52,174 nucleotides of DNA, taken from positions 1 to 52,174 of the IMG/VR virus record IMGVR_UViG_3300025889_000166, one strand, 5' to 3'. This DNA comes from a virus (taxonomy: Duplodnaviria; Caudoviricetes). This document shows positions 44,128 to 52,174 of the stretch, piece by piece (within the stretch, counting starts at the first letter, position 1; the number at the start of each line of letters is the position of its first letter). The translations under genes and the position numbers were made by a program. Under the pieces are notes generated by a model. The model was given only the letters and a program-made list of their open reading frames with translations. It had not been told where the DNA came from and did no database searches.

Positions 44128-44751
44128 ATGGCGACGTTCCCGAGGACCAGACTACCGGAACGGGTTGGCTTGCCGTGGCTACCGGGCGCGATCAAGCAAC
44201 GCTCGCAGGCCGGTCTGCTACAGATCCGCAACACGAAACAAGTCGGCTGGACGTGGACCGAGGAGTGGAACCTTCTGAGTGTCCGCAACGCGGACGACAT
44301 GGCGCTCATCGCGTTCGTCACGAAGATGTGGAACCGAGGCGAGATCCACGACTTCACGCACCCGCTATTACCGGGTAGCGGTGTCGCTCGCAACGGAACG
44401 GGTACGGGCACGCCGGTAGTCAATGGCGCGAGCCAGACCGGCGACACCTTGAACGTGGACGGCTGGGGCGCATCGCAGTCGAATGTCATGCGGGCAGGCG
44501 ATGTCTTTACGATTGGCACAACCGACAAAGCGGTCTACATGGTCGGCGCAGACGCAAGCTCGGATGGCGCGGGCGCGGCTACGTTGCAGATCAGCCCTGC
44601 CTTGCGCGTCTCGCCAGCAGACGGTGCGGCCCTGACGATCAGCGGTGTGACGTTTCGCGCTACTTGTCTCGACCGTTCGCAATTCGAGGGGTCGGAGGCA
44701 CCGCAATACTATGGCGGGCTCACGCTGACCATAACGGAGGCGCTGCCATGA
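44128..44751 (+). CDS. Distal tail protein
   Basis: After TMP; VNGASQTGDTL..DG....V.RAGD.F, ISPALR.SPAD. Confidence 0.75.
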   Translation: MATFPRTRLPERVGLPWLPGAIKQRSQAGLLQIRNTKQVGWTWTEEWNLLSVRNADDMALIAFVTKMWNRGEIHDFTHPLLPGSGVARNGTGTGTPVVNGASQTGDTLNVDGWGASQSNVMRAGDVFTIGTTDKAVYMVGADASSDGAGAATLQISPALRVSPADGAALTISGVTFRATCLDRSQFEGSEAPQYYGGLTLTITEALP

Positions 44752-46187
44752 CTCGGACACTGAACAGTCCGATAGGCGATCAGCGCGGCGAGTTCGCCTA
44801 CCTGTATGAGATCAATTATTCAGGCGGGACGCTGTACCTGACAAACTCGTCGGCAGACGTGGATACAGCGGTACCGGGTGGCACGGGCGCGGCGAGCGTG
44901 GCGACGGACTCCAACGGCGTCAAAACGGGCGCGATGGATTTTTCGGAGTTCTCTGTTCAAGCAACGCTACCGACCGGCCTATCGTACATCGGAGACAACG
45001 GCGGTCAGACGATGGGCGTCGGCAATGATGCCACGGAGGGCAATTACGTCTACATGACGATGACTGCCTTTCAGTCGAGCGGCATATCCTTCGACGCTTT
45101 CGATAGCGTCATCACCGACAAGCAGAACAGCAGCATCGAAATGCTTGCGCGTATCTGGGTGCCGGGTACTTACGAAGACAACCGCCGCCTCGGTGGGCCG
45201 AACGGCTATATGGGAGGCACGACTGAAGCCACGCTCGACTTCCTCGGCGGCGATGTCTATATGCGTACGTCAGGCACGACGGACATCGAATCCGGGGTGC
45301 TCGAGCTAATCAACAACGTCGGCGGTGTCATCAACGCTGACATCCAAGAAGCGGATCAGCTCGGCGTGTGGATGTGGGTCCGCGTCAGGATCGAAGACGA
45401 GGGCGCGACGGACGGCAGGTACGCGAAGGCTTGGTATGGCTCACTCGCCAACGAGCCCGCCGGGTGGGACTTCTCCAATACGGGGGTCTTCAAGCGCGAC
45501 CACGCGAACCTCGGTGACAAAATCGGATGGGGTGTTGCACAGCAGAACTATCGCGAGAACAGCGAGTCAATGAAGTGCGCGTTCCTTTCGTTCAGCTACG
45601 CGCCAAGCGGTGAGACGTTGACCGAGCCTCCTATCGCAGCAGTCCAGACATTCACGGCGGCTGGTGCCCAGCTTGTCCACGGACCAGCCGCCGAGACGGT
45701 AGACCGTAAAGCGCAGGGCGTCGAACTCGAACTCTACGGGATCGACCAGACAATCACGGACGCCATACAAGCGAACAACTTTCGCGGCCATGTCTTGCGG
45801 ATCTATCTCCTGCACTTCGATCAGACGACCGGGGCACAGGGGACACCGGACTTGCTATTCGTCGGACGGCAGAACGGCGAGTGGCGCGTTCAGGAGACGC
45901 GGGATCATAGCAATCAAGAGAGCGGCGGCACGGTGTCAGTCAGGACTCGCGTAGCTGCCGACCTAGCACAGATCAACGCGAAGGTTTCCACGAGGTCGAA
46001 CGTCCTCTCTCACGAGGAGATGATTCGCCGCTCGGGTGTCGCGAGTCCGAACGATCTCTTTTTCTTCCGAGTCAAGTCGCTCGCGAACAAAGAAATCTGG
46101 TGGGGTCCGACGAACCCCGAGAGGTCCGACTATACTACCCCGCGCAGAGAACCGGGCGGCGAAGGCGATGCGGAGGTGGTGTGGTAA
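44748..46187 (+). CDS. Tail hub / minor tail protein with inserted lectin-like domain
   Basis: N- and C-terminal hub segments (LYLTN...; DLFF.RV..LA.KEIWWG) flanking a ~270-aa insertion (WVRVRIE...AKAW..LANEPAGW). Confidence 0.65.
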   Translation: MTRTLNSPIGDQRGEFAYLYEINYSGGTLYLTNSSADVDTAVPGGTGAASVATDSNGVKTGAMDFSEFSVQATLPTGLSYIGDNGGQTMGVGNDATEGNYVYMTMTAFQSSGISFDAFDSVITDKQNSSIEMLARIWVPGTYEDNRRLGGPNGYMGGTTEATLDFLGGDVYMRTSGTTDIESGVLELINNVGGVINADIQEADQLGVWMWVRVRIEDEGATDGRYAKAWYGSLANEPAGWDFSNTGVFKRDHANLGDKIGWGVAQQNYRENSESMKCAFLSFSYAPSGETLTEPPIAAVQTFTAAGAQLVHGPAAETVDRKAQGVELELYGIDQTITDAIQANNFRGHVLRIYLLHFDQTTGAQGTPDLLFVGRQNGEWRVQETRDHSNQESGGTVSVRTRVAADLAQINAKVSTRSNVLSHEEMIRRSGVASPNDLFFFRVKSLANKEIWWGPTNPERSDYTTPRREPGGEGDAEVVW

Positions 46188-46600
46188 GAGTCGCGAATCA
46201 TGAGGTACTCGTCATCGACCTCGCAGAGCGTATGCGTGGCGAGCCGTTCGTCTGGGGGCAGACCGATTGTGCGTCGATCTGTCGCCGCACGCTGACCGTG
46301 ATGCTAGGTGTTGATCCGTGGCGTGAGGCGTTGCCGAGCTACACTAATTTGCGCGAGGCGCGACGTGCGTTCGGTAAGGTAGACATGACGAGGATCTGGG
46401 ACGATGCAAGCGAAGTCCGCGATCGTCTGATCGTGACGGGCGACATCGGCATCGCTCCGCAGCTAGACGGTCACCGCCTGCCGTCGTTGTATGTAGCACT
46501 GCCGCGCTCGCTGGCTCTGATCGCGAACCCGTCAGAAGGCACAAGGACTATCCCGAGGGCTCAACTCCTAGAGGGGACGAGGTGGTATAGATATGGCTAG
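46181..46600 (+). CDS. NlpC/P60-like tail assembly protein (DUF6950-like)
   Basis: PFVWGQTDC, GDI; between hub and tail tip. Confidence 0.7.
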   Translation: MVRVANHEVLVIDLAERMRGEPFVWGQTDCASICRRTLTVMLGVDPWREALPSYTNLREARRAFGKVDMTRIWDDASEVRDRLIVTGDIGIAPQLDGHRLPSLYVALPRSLALIANPSEGTRTIPRAQLLEGTRWYRYG

Positions 46601-49600
46601 TGTCACAGCGGCGACTATCATCAAAACAGGGCTCGTACTCGTCGGTCAGTGGGCGCTCGGGAAGCTACAGGATGCGCTAGACTCAGCGGGCGCACTCGGC
46701 GGCAAGAATCGCGAGTCGGTTGTTCGTCGCATTGAGGCGCAGAAGGTCAACGTCCGAAGCACGCAGGCATCGCTGCCGGTAGTGTACGGTATCCAGCGGG
46801 TCGGGTTGATCGTCAACGATGTTCGCAACGCCAGCAGCCCCAGTACGTTCTTCAGCGGAGCGACCGGCAAGGACGTGCTGGTAAAATCCGGTGCCATCGC
46901 TATCGGCTCCGAGGACGGGTCTGGTATACAAGCGGTAGACAACATCCGCGTCTACGACGACGGCGACTACGCCATCACATCACCCGCGTCGTTCCCCTCG
47001 TCGGCTGTCAACACCAACGTGGCGCTGCCGTACACGAACTATCTGAAGTACATCATCCAAGACGGTGATGATGCTCAGACGGTACCGAGTGACCTCGGGA
47101 CGGCGATGGGTTGGAGTGCGGACTACAAAGCGCGAGGCGTAGCATACGGGGCGTTCTTCTGCCTGTACAACGAGAACGTCTGGAAGCGCGGCGTCCCGCA
47201 GATCACGATGGATGTGACCGGGAACAGAGTTTACGATCCACGCACCTCGTCATGGATCGGCTACAACGCATCGGGCGCATCCTCTGACAATCCCGCACTC
47301 TGCATCCTCGACTATCTAACCTCGAAGCGGTACGGGGCGGGCATCCCCTACGCAGCGCGGGACGGTGGCACGCTCGACTTCATCGACGAGCAGAGCTTTG
47401 AGGACGCAGCAGACTACTGCGACGTGTTGGTCAACACGTACACGGCAGGACCGCAGGAGAAGCGGTTCCGCATGAACGCGGTGGTCGATACTTCGCGGGT
47501 CGTGTCCGCGAACCTCGTCGAGATGTTGGCGACTTGCCGAGGCGAACTCGTCTGGCAGAACGGCAAATATCGGCTCATCATCCGACAGCCGCAGACGGCT
47601 CAATCTTTTGAGTTGACCGAGGACAATATCGTCGGCGCGTTGGATTGGACACGGCAAGGAACCAGCGTACCGAACCTTATTGAAGCCACGTTCCCGAACG
47701 GCTCGGGCGACGACTATGTGGCCGACAGCATCCAGTTCCCGCCAGTAGGCACGACGACCTATCTGGACGAGGACAACGGCATCGAAAACCGGCTGGAGAT
47801 CGCGCTGCCGTACACGACGAGCATCTACCAAGCGCAGCGCACCGTGGAGACGATGCTCAAGGAGTTGCGTGCGGACGTGTACGTCACTCTAACGGCCACG
47901 CAAGCCGCGTACACCTTGCAGGTCGGAGATGTCGTCAACGTCACTCACAGCGGCCCTCAGTGGTCGCAGAAGCCATTCGTGGTGCGTAGCGTTGCGCTTA
48001 CGGCTGACGGACTCGTGGGGCTCGGCTTGCAAGAGTACGACTCGACCGCGTACACCCTGACGACCCCGGATCAAGAGTCGTCGGACGATGCCATCGACTT
48101 GCCCGATCCGCAACGTGCGTTCATCACGATCGGTATGTCTGGCGACCGCTTCGTGTCGCAGGGTGCGACGACGAGCGGAGGAGTGGCAGCGCAGCAGTGG
48201 AAGCGGCGGCTCCAGTTCCGCACGGGGATCAACACGCGGTCGGTCAACATTGTATACGACTTCGACCGGCCCGGTCTGGCTGGGGGAGCCGCGACCAACT
48301 TCTCGCGCAACTACGTCCTCAACGTCACGCCTGACACTGAGGTCACGCACATCCTGCAAGACGGTGCGAGCGCCGATCAGATTTTCCTCGCTCGTGACGA
48401 CAACGGCACGACCAGATACGACGAGGCGATCAGTGTCACGATCACGCCGAACGATACGACGGGCGGCGGCGGGCAAGACGGGACAGTCGTCACGACACAG
48501 ATCCTCGACCTCGCACTAGAGGATGATCTCGGGTTTCGGGTAGACGCTGAGGTCGAAGTCGTCGAGGCGAACTACGCGGAGGCGAACGGTGATGCGTGGT
48601 TCTCGTTTACGACCTCCATCGCATACTTCGCGCAAGGCTTCACGATGCCAGCCGGTACCGACCGCGATCTGGCGTCGGTCGAGGTGTACCTGCAACGGGT
48701 CGGATCGCCAACTGGCGACGTGAACCTGTACGTCTACGACAACAACGCTACGCCGACACCGGACGAGCCAAACGCTTCGGTCGCTGCGGCAACGACATCA
48801 TTCACGGCATCTAGTCTGAGCGCATCGGGTCAGGTCGTTCGTCTGGACATGGACCGCGTGAGCCTGACCGCTGGCGGTTCCTATTGGGTGGTCGTCGAAC
48901 ACATCGACAGCAGCGGAACCGACTACGTGCAGATCCGCGTGGACGAGTCGAGCCCGAACGGTTCGGACATGACCGACACGGCTACCTCGCCAGAGATCGT
49001 ATCGTGGACCGTGACGAGTGCCTCGACCAGACAGGCGGCGGGCTTCTACGTGCGGCGGTTCGGCACGCAGGTCGTCCCGACCCGACAGCTTGCGCCCGCT
49101 GCGGACAAGAGTGCGAAGTTCACATGGCAAGCGGACGGCACCGTTGCACTCGCCAGTCTCACCAGCGGAGGCGGTGGTGGTGCGACCACCCTCGCCGGCC
49201 TGACCGACACCACGATCACGGCACCGGGCGCTGGCGACTTCCTCCGCTACAACGGCTCGACGTGGCTAAACACCACACTCGTCGCAGGAGACATCCCTAG
49301 CCTAGACGCTGCCAAGATCACGACGGGGACGTTCGCTACTGCGCGTATCCCCGACCTCGACGCCGCCAAGATCACGACAGGCACGTTCGCCATCGGGCGC
49401 ATCCCGGTTGCATCGATTGACCACGATTCGTTGCTCAACTTTGTCGCAAACGAACACGTCGATCATTCAGCCGTGGCGATTACTGGAAGTTCAGGACTCA
49501 CAGGTGGCGGCGATCTTACCGCGTCTAGCAGTATCACGGTGAAATACACGTCGGGCTCCAACCTCATCGACAGTGCCGCAGACAACGGGGATGTCGTCGC

Positions 49601-52174
49601 GGCTGATTACATCCTGTATCAAGACTTAGACACGGGAGAGGTTCGTAAGGACACCGTGGGCGCTCTGCCGTTTACGAACAACACGGGAGACGTCGAGAGC
49701 GTAGCTAATGCGACCAACGGCGGCTTGACCGCTACGGACAGCGGCGGGCCAGACGTTACCCTCGCGCTCGCTGTTGACAACCTATTAGATCATTCTGGCA
49801 CTCTAGCTGCCGCTGACCGTTTTGCTGTTTGGGAGTCAGGCGCGGGGACGCGCAAGATCGCTGCATCATCTATTGGGTTGAATCTTTTCAACAACAACCT
49901 GTCCTTAGACGCAACCGACATTGCTGCTGGACAGTTCGCAACCGTAGGCGGGACGTACACGTTCGCGGGGGCGGCTGTTCTGCGGATGGGAAGCAACACC
50001 ACGCAGCCGACCCTTCAATTCTGGGATCGTGATACAGTAGGAGGTGCGTACAGGGATGTCATCACGGTTCCCGACGTCGAGGAGCTAGACATCGGGTCAC
50101 TCGGTTGGGCTGTAGACATTCTCGGCTCATCGGTGCTCGTCAATGGTGCCGCAATAGGTACAGTCTCATCGGTCAGTAATGCGACGAATGGCGGCATCAC
50201 GGTCACAAATAACACGACCACGCCAACGCTCGCGGTTGACGCGAGTGATTTGCCCAACTTCACTGCCGCTACCTCTATGGAAGCGACGGATAGGTTCGTC
50301 GTCCACGAGGCAGGGCAAGCATCCCCAAGTGCGAGGCAGATCGCTCCTGTCGACATCCCGTTGAGCATCTTCAACAACAACTTGGGCCTCGGGCAGAACG
50401 TCCAAGGTGCGGGGATCACTCTTAGTACCACGACGGTCACGAACGACACAATCGCCATCGACTACCAGACCACATCGAACGTCATCTCCGATGCGAACAA
50501 TTTCGCGGGCCTGAGCGTCGATGCTGCGAATGACAGGATCTTGATTGACGATGTGAGCGCAGCCGGTACGAGCGTCGATCCCAGAGTCGGGTACATCAAC
50601 GTCAATGATCTTCCGTTCGCCACCCCAACCCACACACACCCCGCTTCCGATATCACTGCGGGTACATTCGGCTCTGGCGACTACACGTTCCCCGCCGACT
50701 TGACGGTTCAGGACCAACTTCAGGTGACCGGCACTGGCCCACACTCCATTGGTGGCGCGGCAGTTGGCAGACACCAAGTTCTCCAGTACGGTTCATTCAC
50801 CAGTGACGGGAGCTTAACATACGCGTCGGCCTTCCTTCTGGATACGGCTCTCGAAGGGGCGTCTGGTGACACCGACAGCTTGGTGGGGATGTATCTAAGC
50901 GCGAACATCACTACGCAAGGCGCAACGCAAACGGTCACCGACGTAGCTCAGCTTCTGATTGAAGAACCAGCGATAGTGGTGGGCACGGGTGACACGATCA
51001 CCAATGCCAGCACTCTCAAGATCAACAGTGCGCCTGATGAGGCTACCAACAATTACGCCCTGTGGGTCGCGAGCGGGCTGTCGAGATTCTCTGGCGACCT
51101 ACAGGCGTCGGGGGATCTGTTCGTGAATGCCGGACTCAGCCTCCAGAACGAGACATCGGCCACCGATCCTACGGCAGCAAACTCAGGCTACCAGACGCTC
51201 TACTCGTTCGACAACGGCAGCACATTTGAGCTTCGGACGATCGTGTCCGATTCTCCGAACCCAGATCTGGTCCGCAACATCCCTCTCGTCACCGGCTCGG
51301 CAGCTAATAACGAGCTGCTCGTCTCTACCGGCACAGACCATGAAGCAGAGTGGTCAGGCAGCGGACTAACGTGGAACGGCACGACACTGAACGCCACGAA
51401 CTTCACCGGAAACGGGTCGGGGCTTAGTGGTGTGTCTGCCAGTGGTCTGACGCTCAACGCGACAGTCGCCACGAACACCTACTATCCGGTATGGTCCGAC
51501 GCCACTTCGGGTTCGGGCCAGACGACCTTTGGTGACAACGTAATAAGAGTCGTCATCGGTACGCCGGATGAGGTTACGATTGCGGGGAATCTCACGACCG
51601 ACGAGGTAGACACGACCACCGGGGGAATCCTGACCGGAGGCACCCAGCGCGTTCAGCAGGACGGGGATCTCGTCAACATCGGTTCCATCACAGCGACGGG
51701 AAACTTGATAACCAGTGGAGCGGGTCCGCACTCAATCGGCGGCTCAACTGAAGATCATGTACAGGTGCAAATTGCAGGAACCTTTACATCCGGTGGCAGT
51801 TCTTTCTCTAACTCGTCTTTACGCTTGGACTCGACCCTAATCGGAGCGTCGGGCGACACCAGCTTCCAAGCCCAATTCGCCGCTGGAATCGCGGTATCTA
51901 ATGGGTCAATAACAACCCAAGCAAACGACACGGTGACCGATGTCGCCACGATGATCTTGGGTGAGCCAAACATCACAGTTGGCACCTCGGGAGCGGTGAC
52001 AAATGCGTCAACCCTGAAGATCACTGGTGCGCCGGATGAAGGTACCAACAACTACGCGCTTTTCATCGATTCCGGTGACGTTCGGATGGAGAGCGTTGTC
52101 TACACGGGCAATCTCCAACCGCTCTCTAACTCGACCTTCGCGGTCGGCACGGCGATCAATCGGTGGTCTACCGT
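46593..52174 (+). CDS. Tail tip / host-specificity protein fused to long fibre (3'-partial, >=1860 aa)
   Basis: ATG 46593, open to the window end (absent from ORF track because it has no stop); LPVVYG.QRVG, GNRVYDPR, DNPALCILDYLT..RYG; later LDAAKITTGTF x2 and HTHPASDITAGTF fibre repeats. Confidence 0.88.
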   Translation, partial: MASVTAATIIKTGLVLVGQWALGKLQDALDSAGALGGKNRESVVRRIEAQKVNVRSTQASLPVVYGIQRVGLIVNDVRNASSPSTFFSGATGKDVLVKSGAIAIGSEDGSGIQAVDNIRVYDDGDYAITSPASFPSSAVNTNVALPYTNYLKYIIQDGDDAQTVPSDLGTAMGWSADYKARGVAYGAFFCLYNENVWKRGVPQITMDVTGNRVYDPRTSSWIGYNASGASSDNPALCILDYLTSKRYGAGIPYAARDGGTLDFIDEQSFEDAADYCDVLVNTYTAGPQEKRFRMNAVVDTSRVVSANLVEMLATCRGELVWQNGKYRLIIRQPQTAQSFELTEDNIVGALDWTRQGTSVPNLIEATFPNGSGDDYVADSIQFPPVGTTTYLDEDNGIENRLEIALPYTTSIYQAQRTVETMLKELRADVYVTLTATQAAYTLQVGDVVNVTHSGPQWSQKPFVVRSVALTADGLVGLGLQEYDSTAYTLTTPDQESSDDAIDLPDPQRAFITIGMSGDRFVSQGATTSGGVAAQQWKRRLQFRTGINTRSVNIVYDFDRPGLAGGAATNFSRNYVLNVTPDTEVTHILQDGASADQIFLARDDNGTTRYDEAISVTITPNDTTGGGGQDGTVVTTQILDLALEDDLGFRVDAEVEVVEANYAEANGDAWFSFTTSIAYFAQGFTMPAGTDRDLASVEVYLQRVGSPTGDVNLYVYDNNATPTPDEPNASVAAATTSFTASSLSASGQVVRLDMDRVSLTAGGSYWVVVEHIDSSGTDYVQIRVDESSPNGSDMTDTATSPEIVSWTVTSASTRQAAGFYVRRFGTQVVPTRQLAPAADKSAKFTWQADGTVALASLTSGGGGGATTLAGLTDTTITAPGAGDFLRYNGSTWLNTTLVAGDIPSLDAAKITTGTFATARIPDLDAAKITTGTFAIGRIPVASIDHDSLLNFVANEHVDHSAVAITGSSGLTGGGDLTASSSITVKYTSGSNLIDSAADNGDVVAADYILYQDLDTGEVRKDTVGALPFTNNTGDVESVANATNGGLTATDSGGPDVTLALAVDNLLDHSGTLAAADRFAVWESGAGTRKIAASSIGLNLFNNNLSLDATDIAAGQFATVGGTYTFAGAAVLRMGSNTTQPTLQFWDRDTVGGAYRDVITVPDVEELDIGSLGWAVDILGSSVLVNGAAIGTVSSVSNATNGGITVTNNTTTPTLAVDASDLPNFTAATSMEATDRFVVHEAGQASPSARQIAPVDIPLSIFNNNLGLGQNVQGAGITLSTTTVTNDTIAIDYQTTSNVISDANNFAGLSVDAANDRILIDDVSAAGTSVDPRVGYINVNDLPFATPTHTHPASDITAGTFGSGDYTFPADLTVQDQLQVTGTGPHSIGGAAVGRHQVLQYGSFTSDGSLTYASAFLLDTALEGASGDTDSLVGMYLSANITTQGATQTVTDVAQLLIEEPAIVVGTGDTITNASTLKINSAPDEATNNYALWVASGLSRFSGDLQASGDLFVNAGLSLQNETSATDPTAANSGYQTLYSFDNGSTFELRTIVSDSPNPDLVRNIPLVTGSAANNELLVSTGTDHEAEWSGSGLTWNGTTLNATNFTGNGSGLSGVSASGLTLNATVATNTYYPVWSDATSGSGQTTFGDNVIRVVIGTPDEVTIAGNLTTDEVDTTTGGILTGGTQRVQQDGDLVNIGSITATGNLITSGAGPHSIGGSTEDHVQVQIAGTFTSGGSSFSNSSLRLDSTLIGASGDTSFQAQFAAGIAVSNGSITTQANDTVTDVATMILGEPNITVGTSGAVTNASTLKITGAPDEGTNNYALFIDSGDVRMESVVYTGNLQPLSNSTFAVGTAINRWST

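Larger units (their letters stand above)
1..52174 (+). mobile_element. Tailed dsDNA bacteriophage genome (siphovirus-like), probably near-complete and circularly permuted
   Basis: Full set of terminase, portal, capsid, tail tube, tape measure, tail tip, lysis and replication genes, all on the + strand; no host housekeeping genes; the tail-tip ORF is open at the right edge and a fibre-like ORF is open at base 1. Confidence 0.95.

Noticed and set aside
1-52174. Diversity-generating retroelement targeting the fibre
   Set aside because: No reverse transcriptase and no template/variable repeat pair differing at adenines was seen; fibre duplications are diverged protein repeats

Overview
The window looks like an essentially complete ~52 kb, GC-rich genome of a tailed dsDNA phage (siphovirus-type), cut inside its giant tail-tip/fibre gene, which runs off the right end and resumes at base 1. 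All credible genes are on the + strand. Order: tail fibre end, lysis genes split by large Thr/Gly/Asp-rich virion/adhesin genes, recombination/replication genes (SSAP, SSB, HNH, resolvase, initiator with 11-bp iterons, DnaB-like helicase, YqaJ exonuclease), two DNA methyltransferases, terminase, portal, minor head, an accessory island, then head, neck, tail tube, frameshifted chaperone, tape measure and tail tip. No integrase, DNA polymerase, reverse transcriptase, CRISPR array or canonical tRNA was seen. The most notable non-coding signals are: (1) a 78-nt minimal tmRNA consisting only of the tRNA-like domain, embedded in the 3' end of the C5-methyltransferase ORF; (2) a complete type II hammerhead ribozyme with pseudoknot between two small genes; (3) five copies of a promoter module with a double palindromic operator and shared leader; (4) an array of small genes joined by a repeated stop/RBS/start linker. 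Also noted: a nested out-of-frame MTase beta subunit and an apparently permuted Holliday-junction resolvase. All protein calls come from motif recognition and synteny by eye; no database searches were run.
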